Below are positions 9,933 to 20,513 of a DNA stretch of 33,696 nucleotides, in pieces. Under the pieces are notes generated by a model that did no database searches, was not told the origin of the DNA, and was given only the letters and a program-made list of their open reading frames with translations. The stretch spans positions 75,689,418-75,723,113 of the forward strand of contig NC_068991.1 of assembly GCF_001194135.2 (NCBI RefSeq), in the 5' to 3' direction. The first letter of the stretch is position 1, and the number at the start of each line of letters is the position of its first letter. The stretch comes from Octopus bimaculoides (Eukaryota). The position numbers and the translations under genes are program-made.

Positions 9933-10412
9933 TGTCACGACTTTTACTTCCTCTAAGTGGTCGGTTTCCGTCGTCTTGCCAGGACCGTCATGGAGCGCGC
10001 AAAGACCGGTTCAGAACATCGCCGTACAGCCTGCAGACTCGTCAATTAGGTACATGTGCAAGAATGTGATCGACACGAACTGATAACCCGCGCAGACAAG
10101 AAATTCTTCGTCCATACGGTTGGTTGCTGGACCCTATCACTATCAAGGGAGATGAATCAGTGGTTTTCCCATTCTCTCGAGCCGGAGATATTTCCGCATC
10201 CTCTCGGACGCCCGTGAAAATATCTCCTGTGTGCAGTTCCGAACATATCAGAGCATTGCAGTCCTTTTAGTGTTGCACCGCGAGTAGCTTTTGTGTCGCT
10301 CGAGCTTTTAAGATGAGATGAGTTTGCCAACCGACTGGCCGAAACGCGATGGCGTGTAGCAGCCAGGCTTGCAAAGGTCAAGTAGCCCGGTTCGCTGCAA
10401 CTGTCCCGCAAC
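9933..10412. other. GC/CpG-rich insert of unknown identity (candidate solo LTR or transposon fragment)
   Basis: Abrupt rise in GC and CpG relative to the flanks. It starts TGTCACG right after a SINE tail, and SINE-end-like sequence (atattagaaataaat) resumes at about 10422. No long ORF. Confidence 0.35.
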
Positions 10413-10439
10413 TATGGGAGAATATTAGAAATAAATATA

Positions 10440-11000
10440 TCTCAGTTTTCAACAAATATCAAGGATTGATATTGATAAGGAAATGGAAATACTGTTCATG
10501 CATTCTTCAAGAGAAGGAATAATGTAATAATGTTTGCTGTTGGCGCTAGCTATAGAATTAATTTTCAATGCCAACACACACCCCTGTCATTCCAGAAGAT
10601 TTTTAACCGTTAATCACAGCTTCATATTATATAACCAATGTTGAGCAATGGCCATGGCACTACGGGAATACCATAATCAACTGGGTAACAAGGTCGCAAA
10701 AATATACCTCGTCTTTATAGGATATATCTAAAAGTAAGTCGACTTGGAGGAAATCCAACTTTTTCAAAATGAATGGCAAGTTGACTTCAGAAATATATCA
10801 GATGAAATGCTAATCATTGTGCGGGTAAGAAGCGGTGACGAACTGTTTATCAATCTTAACACCGTATAAAGAGTGGTGGATTTATCCTTTAGGAAATACG
10901 AGAGTGAGTCAGAAAGTAACATAGTTTCCATTTGCTTTCCTATCTGACTTAAGTTCGTATTTTTCCTCATCATATTGAATATACATTGCTAGTACAGCCA
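10440..11000 (+). mobile_element. Possible decayed hAT-like transposase C-terminal region
   Basis: One frame with several stops reads ...VDLEEIQLFQNEWQVDF...GDELFINLNTV*RVVDLSFRKYESESESNIVS...LIILNIH, loosely like the hAT L..EW / G..FPNL / ERxFS arrangement. By-eye similarity only. Confidence 0.3.
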
Positions 11001-11589
11001 TATGCATTTGCACAGCTTCCGCTGCCCCATATCATCTTGGTACGATGCAGTAATGTAAAATCGTCGAGTGATTCTTTGCCACGATATTAGCAATTTTAAA
11101 GATATGGCTTGGATAGGCATTCTCTTGAGACCACAGGGTCTAATCAATAGTTTAACGAATGCACAGGAAAATGGAAATAAATGACTTTATTTATTACACT
11201 TGTGTGAGATAAATAAATATTGATTCGTTAAATAAAGTGTGCCATTATGCCTTCATACATTTATTGGTGGAAACTAACTAGAACTCATAAATACATTCCT
11301 TTGCAATATTTATTATCAAAGTTTTATTAATGGTATGCGTTCCCAGACATTTCTGTTTTAATATTTACAACCCATAGAAATTTTATGCCGTCTTAATGTA
11401 TGTGTTGATAATGTCCATTCAATTTCCTATTCCTTCATTCGCATTCTCTGTCGCATGAATGGACGTAGAGAGCCACAAAGCTAGGAACTCGGAGATACAA
11501 CGAAAGGAATCATCAATTTTCAACGAATAAATAATCAATTACTACATGAATTTAGGACTATTCTTACTGTTTGTACAGCCATATAAATA

Positions 11590-11670
11590 TGTTTGCGCAT
11601 GCGTTGAGTGTGTTTACATATGCATGTGTGTATTTGCATGCATGATTGTGTACGTATGTATGCATGCATG

Positions 11671-11727
<57 letters not shown>

Positions 11728-11760
11728 GGACAGACATACATACACGTGTGTGTGTGTATT
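11590..11760. repeat. Compound TG/TATG/(TA)n/CA microsatellite
   Basis: Directly visible. Confidence 0.93.
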
Positions 11761-11848
11761 TAACAAATGCATATCGGCATATATTTTTTCTAATATAATT
11801 TCTTTTTCATATTTTGATATACAAACTAAATAACTGAATAAACCAATA

Positions 11849-13631
11849 CAGATAAATACCATGATTTAGAAAGCCTACGGGAGGGGCCTTGCTGTCTGTG
11901 ATTTACCAAGTGATTCGGAGCCGAGTTTGATGAAACAATTTTTATTGAACCATACACTCTCTATTGGTTGCATTCAAAAATGGTGCAGGATCCACTGACA
12001 CCTTGGTTCTAGGTCGGGCACCAATGACAACCCACGCTCAGTAGCAGGTATCTTCTTAATATCAGGACAAAGAGTTGCTTGCATTTCTTTTTGTATCCTT
12101 AGAAATTTCATAATTGTATGCAAATTTACTGTCCTATTTACAGAGCATCTTCCCTTCCAGTCATGATATCCCAACAGTTTTAAATCATTGTCAGCATCAG
12201 CGAGTAAACGTTTGAAAGGTCTGATTTTTTACCATCTTCACAATGCATTCCGGTTCAGCTTCATTTCACTCATTTTCTCCTATTTGTATTCAGTTCTACG
12301 AAATCTGTTTATTCTTCAGGAGAAAGTCTTACTTTTCATTCTGCTATCAAGAATCAATTCCAAGATATCACCTTTCCTTACGAGGTTCAATCCAACGTTC
12401 TCTGCAAGCTTTGAAAGTGTTTTTACAATAACTATATCGGCCGTCTCGGCCCGTCCAAATGTTTCCAAATCGTTTCTTCATTTGTGTAGTATTTCCTTCA
12501 AAACTACACGAAAGCACTTTGGAGAGACCTTTGTCGTTACATTATCATTAAAGGAACGACAAAGAAAGCGGTAAATAACTGCATGCTATATTTTACAGAT
12601 ATAGAAGAATGCGTGTCTGACAGAGCGATATGGTTCCTATAGGATTTCGTCAAGTTCTTGTTGCGCTCCGGTACATTAGTTGCTTAATAGGAGTGGTGCC
12701 TGGAGGTCATGCGATCTACGTTAATCTCTGTTTGAATTTCATCACGATTTTGGAGGATGGCTAGGAATGTTGTCTAACACAAGAATAGCTTTAAGTGACA
12801 AATAATTCCCAACGGAGAAGTTGTATGCAGCAGTACCAAAATGCATGTGCTTCACTAAACGAACAATTCCTGAATGATCTACGCCTTATTCTACGACTGC
12901 TAAAAGAACGGTAATTGCAGCATATTTAACCCTTCCAATGTTTTGGCTGCTTTCGAGCGTTAGACTGGTACAGCTTCAATTTCAGAGTTCTTGACACAAT
13001 ACCATCCAGCAGATGTTTCATTGACAACTTTAAATGACAAAACAAGCTTATTTTCTGGAGCAATAAAAATTCCTTGAAGGTATTCTCTTTCAATATAATC
13101 CTGAAAATAAAATGTTCAAGATATTTATCACTTTGTATTGATAGAATGGCTTGGATTTCTGCAGTGAATAAGTTGTCTACTTCTATACTTGTATTTGCTT
13201 CTTCGCTATAAACTCGGCTCAAATCGCCTACTACAAATGGAAACCCACCATTCCCACTTTTCTTTATCATTTCTTCATTATAGACTTTATCATAGATATT
13301 ACCTTGCCTCGTTGAATATTTTTCTGGTTCAACTATTCCACTCACAATTTTTATAACTTCCTTTCTTTCAATAAATTTATTCTGAAAATCAGGTTTTCGT
13401 CGAAAGAAAGACGGTATAATTCCATTCAATTATCGATTGAAGAAATTTCATATCCTTTATGCATGCGATGCTTTCAGAACCGACGAGAAAACAGCAGACT
13501 TTTTTTACTTTGACATTTGCAGATTTTGCTATCAGGATAATCTAACTTTTGATTTATGTGGCTCAGCGTAAACATTTTCAAAATCTTTTCTGACCCCGAA
13601 AAGCAATTTTATAAATGAGATTTTGATTGTG
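11849..13631 (-). mobile_element. Decayed Tigger/pogo (Tc1-mariner superfamily) DNA transposon
   Basis: Minus-strand frames give, in the correct order: FVVGDLSRV (for F.AS.GWF.RF); SEEANTSIEVDNLFTAEIQAIL (for GEAASAD...F..EL..II); IFIAPENKLVLSFK (for TFI.KEEK..PGFK); GIVSRTLKLK; LPFF*QS*NKA*IIQELF (for LPV.W.SN.KAWMT..LF); KAILVLDNIPSHPP (the DDE_1 LDN..SHP motif, about 12748-12790); PPGTTPIKQLMYRS (for PPNTTSLIQPMDQG); NDLETF...KLAENVG...DILELI. Many stops and frameshifts. Degenerate TIR candidates are TA-CAGATAAATACCATGATTTA (11847-11869) and the reverse complement of about 13610-13631; the ends are low confidence. Confidence 0.8.
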
Positions 13632-13694
13632 TTCTTTATCCTAAAATTTTGGAGAAATGAAATCGGATGATGATAAGATTATGAGATTTCATGC

Positions 13695-13980
13695 TTCATA
13701 TATATATATATATATATATAATGTTTATATAGATGCATACATATATATGTATATATGTATACATAATTTTATATATATGTATACATACATATATATATAT
13801 ATATACACATATACACATACACATATATATATATATACACACATATGCACATACATACGTTTGTATATATATGTGTGTATATGTGTGTATGGGTGTGTAT
13901 GGGTGTGTATGTATGTATATGTGTGTGTATGTGCATGTATGTATATATGCATTTATGAGTATATACATAAATGTATATAT
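13695..13980. repeat. Complex TA/CA/TG microsatellite block
   Basis: Directly visible; a CA-rich half is followed by a TG-rich half. Confidence 0.93.
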
Positions 13981-15839
13981 TCTATGGCGACCGATTTAAA
14001 GAAGTATTAACAGTAAAGACGGTTACACTTTTCATAAGCAATCGTCATCTTCATAATTGTCCTTTTATTTCTTTTATCCTACCTCATGGTGTATTTAAAA
14101 TGATATATCTAAGTTTTAACTTTAGTATTTCTTTCATCGATTAAGTTCATATAAAATTTCGAAACGAACCACATTAATATCACAGGCAAAGAGACGATAT
14201 ATTTAAAAGGAAAGTGACGAAATATACGTTTATTGTTAAAAGAAAACATAAAACAGAGCAAATATTATCAAAGATAAAATGTCGCATCGAAAGAATTTTC
14301 TTCTGTTTTACGCTGGAAACGCAGAAAGCAATTGTTCCTCTGAAAAAATACTTTTTTCTAAAACAGATAAAGATAACATTTCATTGAAGATGTCAAATGA
14401 GAAGAACAAAATTTGAATTTTTCCCCACTTATTATTTGTTACCGCTCAGAATATCGGTAGTTTTTAAATTAATTAAGATGTCAGCTGCAGGGGGAGCAAA
14501 GGTCTTAACTTAATCAGAGAGGATATTACAATTTAATTATTTAAGGAGTTAACATGTTGTATACGTGACAGGAACCTGCTTTAAATTAATTACAGTATAG
14601 ATAGCGTATGTTAATTAATCCGTTCAACAAGAATAAAAGAGACTTAAATTTAATCAATCGGTAGCAATAATTTATTTCTTCATGACAAGAAACAAAGACA
14701 AACACGGTAGAATAGAGTCAACCTCGCCATCCTTCAGCTTTTGACTCCTCCGTTTCGCTATTTGTCTTTATTTATGTCGCGTATAAATTCGGGGGACGTC
14801 ACTTCATTTTAAAATTAATTCTCCTTCTAATGTTAATCGTATTAATAAGACATCGATAGATATCACTGAAAACATATAAGAAGCAAATAACATGCTATAT
14901 GTAAGCAAATGAATAGTTTCTGAAATAAAGACGTCTACTTTAGATCGGGATTGATTAATAATTATATAGGATGATGGTTAAATTAATCTATTATATATTG
15001 AATGAACAAAGCTCGTAAAACTGTGGTAAATTATTATTTTCACAGCTAGACATGTTGCTTTTGATTAGCCTATGTCAATCGTGATCAAGTAGATCTCTCA
15101 TCAAAGACATTTCTGCCGTGACTATTTTACTTTTTGTTTATCTGGAAATAAATATCTTGAATGTGGCATTCGTTTTTATGACGGTAAGACATAATTTAAC
15201 AGAGAATTGAACGACATTTGACTGCTATTTCTAAGCGACCACATAAAGGTTAACCTTTTGCTCGACTGGACATGTAGAATATCAAACTAAATATTTTACT
15301 GCTCACACTTCGGAGTCAAATCACTTTCGATCGTCTTTGATCTTTCTCATCCCATAGCAAGTATAATAATTACCAGAACTACTCCAGAATTGGATCAATA
15401 AATAATATTCACCTCTAATTACAAACCAAGCTTCGTATCTACATAAAACGAAACCATATTTCTACAACCATAATTACTTGGTTTCCATTGGAATTAGCGT
15501 GGCCGCTCTATTACGTTAATGGCGATGGTCAAACGTACATTGTCATAATTGATTAAATCGGTAGAGTATTGAACTAACGGTCAGAAGTTTGCCTCTCATT
15601 ACATGTGCCACGTTAATAGCTAAATCTAGTTCGCTTGGTTTAAGTAAGCTTCTGAGATTATTAATCCATTTCGGTTAATAAAAACATTCTGATGGAGTAC
15701 TGTTCTTTAAAAAGTTCACATCAAGTAAAAGACTTTAGGATTTTTCAGATTCATTATTCAAGCAATGATGTTCAGAACCTAGATATACAGATATCACGAA
15801 ATACGTAAATAAATCGTTATTAATGACATAGCTAGGTTG

Positions 15840-15870
15840 CAAAAGGTCAGTGGTTCGAGTCCCACAAGAA
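15840..15870 (+). pseudogene. tRNA-like 3' half (T-arm/B-box) remnant or SINE head fragment
   Basis: caaaaggtcagtggttcgagtcccac contains a consensus B box (GGTTCGAGTCCC, 15852-15863). No cloverleaf 5' half. Confidence 0.35.
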
Positions 15871-15949
15871 GCTTTCTGTTCAAGATATCCTTTAACCTGC
15901 TGTATTTTATCCCTTTCTCATGTTGTCATTGATAGGCTATCATACATAT

Positions 15950-16082
15950 ATATATATATATATATATACAATGTTATATAAATGTTGATATAAATATAAA
16001 TACAATATTATATAAATGTTAATATGAATACAATGTTACGTAAATGCTATATACAATGTTTATATAAATACAATGTTTATAT
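15950..16082. repeat. (TA)n plus degenerate AT-rich minisatellite (tacaatgtt-atataaa units)
   Basis: acaatgtt/aaatgtt units recur at irregular spacing. Confidence 0.75.
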
Positions 16083-16799
16083 TAAAAAAGATGTTAGTAC
16101 ATAGTTACATATTCCTCGATTCTTCTACATTTATCTTCTCAACATAAACAAAATTCTTCACTGAGAAGATTAAAGCGTTTCCTTTAGATGGCTGAGCATC
16201 GTTTAGTTGCTTTAATGCAATTAATAGCTCAACTGCCTGGCTTACAGATGTGGCGTGGTTGAAGACCACAGACAGTTTTCTTTTTCTTTCGGTTCAAGGG
16301 ATTTTTGACCTAATATATTATAAGACATATTTCAACAATTTTTTATTCCATCATAGTAATCATCATGCTTTCCCCTCGAATTATGCTTAGAACAGTTTTA
16401 TTCTGTTTTCATTCTTACGTATTCTGCCGTTAATTAAAAGGAACTGAAATGATACTTAAGCAGTAATCATCTTTAACTGGGATGTATTGTTTTACTCCTT
16501 TTGGCAGTACAATAAGAACGCTACAGAAACACATTCATTGTAAAACAAACGATTCTATCGCTTCGTTGACATTTCAAGGTTAGCTTCGACTCTTTTTATG
16601 TGTGTGTAGCTATTGAAACTGGCAGGAGAAAGAGAAGATTATTTCTGTGTATTCAGGTCAAGGATTGTACACGGATATTTGCAACAGAGTGGACACTGCT
16701 AAGAGATCCCAATGTCTCGTAGTGGTGTTAAACTACAAACTGAGTTTACCAACCAAGAAAAAGAATTACATTTTATCTGACAGGTTTGCGTTTTGTTTC

Positions 16800-17373
16800 T
16801 GTCTTCTTGCTTTCATTCACACTGATTGTGTTGACCAGAAGCTATGGTGGAAATAACTTATTAAGGTCGATCACATGCCCATATGTGACAGAACGGAAAT
16901 ATTTGCTCCAAGTGATATAGACTGATGAAATGATCTTGTCTACCTACGTACAAAATTATTAAGAAAGATATCCTTGAATGTCTAAGCTTGGTAGAAAACG
17001 TTTCATTTTCTCATATTATTTAAAATTATTTGGTATCAATAAATAGTTACTGATATTGTTTTCTTTAAAATGTAAAGAATAGGTGAGGTCTTTTTTGCTG
17101 CATTATTTTTGTGTATGCCTGGAAAAACCAAATATACCCTAATGAAAGATCTATATACAACGCAATGAAGCTTATGATACATTCTATCAAGAGATCCAAA
17201 TGAACTGATAGTGGCCTTAACGCTATTTAATGCTTTTCTCATTAGCAACAAAACCCAAAGAGGAGGATAGTTATTCACGGTTAAATAGAGAGAAATGGTA
17301 AATCTCCGTTCTTTAAATTCGTTCCTCTCCGTTAAATCTCTAAAAATTACTTCGCTTCAAATAAGAAGTAGCG

Positions 17374-17442
<69 letters not shown>

Positions 17443-17680
17443 TTAGCTATCTAGTTATCACTCTCTTTACATATTCACATAGGGTTAGTTGTATGTTATT
17501 CCGATTTGAGTTGGGGATCCACCAAATCGAAAGAATTTTGCTGATTAAAGCCAATTTACTGAAGCAATATCTCACAGGCATCCCAATTATGAAAATATTA
17601 ACATCATTTAAATGTAAACACGGGCATTTTTTGATTGCCAAAACTTTCCTGCCTATCGTTTGTTGTGGAAGATGTGTCTA
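16800..17680 (-). mobile_element. Second decayed pogo/Tigger-like transposase fragment, interrupted by (TATC)n
   Basis: Minus-strand frames give, in the expected DDE_1 order: GKFWQSKNARV (for IGKSK.PR.F); GMPVRYCFSKLALISKILSIWW (for LPV.Y..N.KAWM...F..W); YLTVNNYPP (for LLVDN.P.H); HLDL...IISFIALY (for PLDQGII.TFKALY). Very degenerate. Confidence 0.5.
17374..17441. repeat. (TATC)n microsatellite
   Basis: Directly visible. Confidence 0.98.
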
Positions 17681-18197
17681 GAAACAAAATCGTTAAAAAC
17701 TAATATTTTCTGATCCTTTAAGTTTCTTTGATTTCAATATTGTTTTTCCTTTACTAAGTTCTTTAATGAACATACGATTATATTTCAGAGAAAGAAAAAA
17801 ATATTTATTGCAGGCATAAAACAACGATCATGCTCTAGTTTATAATAAATTTTATTGTTGGCATATCTTCATCAACACGCTTACAATGTGTGTGAGGAAG
17901 CGCACAATATACATTGGTCCACTGTGTGTGTGTATGTGTGTGTACGTGTACATGTATATATAAAATATATATGAATGTATGAGTGTGTGTCTGTGTATGC
18001 TTGTGCGCATGCGTGCATGAGTGCGTGCGAGTGTGTATACTGTATGTTTCTATGACTTAAGACCGGCATGTGGTACTTAGATTTTTAAATACTATTTCTT
18101 GAAGTCAAGCAACACAAAAGGATCTTCCGTTTCTTAGCCACACACACACACACAGACACACACACGTCTGTGTATGTGTGTGTGTATGTGTGTGTAT

Positions 18198-18387
18198 GCG
18201 GTTCACCTATCGCGGTTAATTATTTAACCTTACGTCGATTCCTCCATGGTGTTGTGTTGCATTTATAATAAAATAAATATATAGAAATTATACAATACAG
18301 TACTGTATCTACTTCGCAGATTTTCACCTATTGCGGGGGGGGGCGGAGTCGGTACGTAGCACCTGCAATATTCGAGAGATTACTGCA
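18198..18387. mobile_element. pogo/Tigger-type MITE (about 200 bp; one TIR eroded by a microsatellite)
   Basis: The right end cgagagattactgca (18373-18387) resembles the pogo-type TIR CGAGGGATTACTG-TA. An internal repeat ttcacctatcgcgg (18202-18215) / ttcacctattgcgg (18323-18336) looks like subterminal transposase-binding motifs. Non-coding interior. Confidence 0.65.
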
Positions 18388-18489
18388 TTGCAAAACATGT
18401 GAATGAGATAAATACTTTCAATACCTTTGAGCAAGGCAGGTGGCGGCGTTAGAAAGACATGTGAGGTGATGTCAATTAAAGTAGAAAGT

Positions 18490-18680
18490 AATAATTATTT
18501 GAAATTTATGGACAAAGATAGCAATTCTAAAAGAAAGGGTAAGTCAATAACATGAATTCCAGTGCTTCACTGGGTGATACTCATTTTATCAACCCCAAAA
18601 TGATGTAATGTATCGTCTACGATTTGAACTCAGAATGCAAGGAATCCGAAGACATGCTGTCAAATATTTTGCCAACACAT
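18490..18680 (-). mobile_element. Degenerate Nin/Deu-like SINE
   Basis: Plus strand gggtaagtcaataacat...gatactcattttatcaaccccaaaatgatg...gatttgaactcagaatg is the reverse complement of the family modules. Confidence 0.6.
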
Positions 18681-18819
18681 CTTGAAAACGGAGAATAATA
18701 ATTGAAAGCTTCAAATGATTTCTGACTTCATTTTTAATGACACAATGTCTTTCATCTACCGTATGCATTAGAGGGGATCGCCTTTATTGTATATAAGAAC
18801 AAATTAAAGCACACGCGAG

Positions 18820-18935
18820 CAGTTCGGTCCTTCACAGTGTGGTTTCGTACTTGATCCCAACGCATGAAACATTTGGAAAAGTGTCGTTTCCTATAACCTT
18901 GGAGAGTAAATCAATTTCAGTTGATCGAGCGCGAG
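18820..18935 (+). mobile_element. Degenerate 5' part of the CORE-type SINE
   Basis: gtgtggtttcgtacttgatcccaacgcatgaaacatttggaaaagtgtcgtttcctataacctt resembles head + CORE start (compare the reverse complement of 2091-2175). Confidence 0.35.
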
Positions 18936-19269
18936 TCCATCCACCGTACATGTTCTCTTCATCACACATACTCTCTTGATTTCATGAACCACTAAGTTAT
19001 GTGAACATATAGATAACACCATCTCTTCTCCAGCGACATGAGACATACTCAGAGTCGTTCACGCATGCACGCAGATATAAACACAAACACACATATACGC
19101 TCACATACATCGACACATAGACATTTGCTTTCTATATATGTGTGTGCATTTGAATACCAGTGCGGATGTGCATGATGCGGAATACATGCAATAACTTCTT
19201 CAAAGTGTGTGTGATGAAAGCAATAATCTATAATTAGCTTGAAGTCATCCCTTTGATCTTCTCCATAAT

Positions 19270-19500
19270 ATAGCAAAAATGTACTTCAGTTTGGCCAATG
19301 ATAATATTACAGATGATCACTGTAGCATTTCTGCTTCTTTGTTTCCATATTTTATCCTTTGTAATTGTGATTGCGTCATTGTTCCACTGGGGAGAGCTGT
19401 TAAACCGCCTCTGGACCTTCTTGATATCGCAGCCAAGTATCCCTCAGATACAAATGTCATTCAAAAACATTCGCTCACTCATAACACGAAGCTGCTTGGA
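19270..19500 (-). mobile_element. Possible CR1/L2-group LINE ORF2 C-terminal relic
   Basis: A minus frame reads LNDICI*GILGCDIKKVQRRF...KIWKQRSRNATVIICNIIIGQTEV, resembling LEY...VW.PY...DI..LE.VQRR...W..L..RR...L...YKI..G of CR1/L2 elements. Confidence 0.4.
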
Positions 19501-19709
19501 ATGTAAGTTTTAAAAAAATGGTGATATAATAACAGCTTGAACACCTTTGACCAGGTTTGACCTAGGGCTCAGTAGTTAGAACAACAATGACTACGACTGC
19601 TACTTCGAGTCGGTGAGGAAGCATTTACACGATTTCCGGCCTGTTATAAAGACTACCGCATTTCTTGAAATTATAGTCTATAGTAGTGTACAAGTATGCC
19701 ACATTGAAC

Positions 19710-19757
<48 letters not shown>
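19710..19757. repeat. (CA)n microsatellite running into a gap
   Basis: Directly visible. Confidence 0.97.
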
Positions 19758-20513
19758 NNNNNNNNNNNNNNNNNNNNNNNNNNNNNNNNNNNNNNNNNNN
19801 NNNNNNNNNNNNNNNNNNNNNNNNNNNNNNNNNNNNNNNNNNNNNNNNNNNNNNNNNNNNNNNNNNNNNNNNNNNNNNNNNNNNNNNNNNNNNNNNNNNN
19901 NNNNNNNNNNNNNNNNNNNNNNNNNNNNNNNNNNNNNNNNNNNNNNNNNNNNNNNNNNNNNNNNNNNNNNNNNNNNNNNNNNNNNNNNNNNNNNNNNNNN
20001 NNNNNNNNNNNNNNNNNNNNNNNNNNNNNNNNNNNNNNNNNNNNNNNNNNNNNNNNNNNNNNNNNNNNNNNNNNNNNNNNNNNNNNNNNNNNNNNNNNNN
20101 NNNNNNNNNNNNNNNNNNNNNNNNNNNNNNNNNNNNNNNNNNNNNNNNNNNNNNNNNNNNNNNNNNNNNNNNNNNNNNNNNNNNNNNNNNNNNNNNNNNN
20201 NNNNNNNNNNNNNNNNNNNNNNNNNNNNNNNNNNNNNNNNNNNNNNNNNNNNNNNNNNNNNNNNNNNNNNNNNNNNNNNNNNNNNNNNNNNNNNNNNNNN
20301 NNNNNNNNNNNNNNNNNNNNNNNNNNNNNNNNNNNNNNNNNNNNNNNNNNNNNNNNNNNNNNNNNNNNNNNNNNNNNNNNNNNNNNNNNNNNNNNNNNNN
20401 NNNNNNNNNNNNNNNNNNNNNNNNNNNNNNNNNNNNNNNNNNNNNNNNNNNNNNNNNNNNNNNNNNNNNNNNNNNNNNNNNNNNNNNNNNNNNNNNNNNN
20501 NNNNNNNNNNNNN
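19758..20513. other. Assembly gap (756 N)
   Basis: Run of N. Confidence 1.

Noticed and set aside
11186-11218. AT-rich hairpin (tttatttat...ataaataaa) as a Helitron 3' end
   Set aside because: The stem is AT-only low complexity rather than GC-rich, and no CTRR terminus follows at the expected distance.
12926-13429. 167-aa ORF as a novel host gene
   Set aside because: It is colinear with Tigger/pogo motifs that continue in other frames past stops; it is a transposase relic.
16647-16856. Host exon (ttcag acceptor followed by an open frame)
   Set aside because: No recognisable domain or convincing donor site, it starts at a non-ATG codon, and it lies next to and antisense of the pogo relic.
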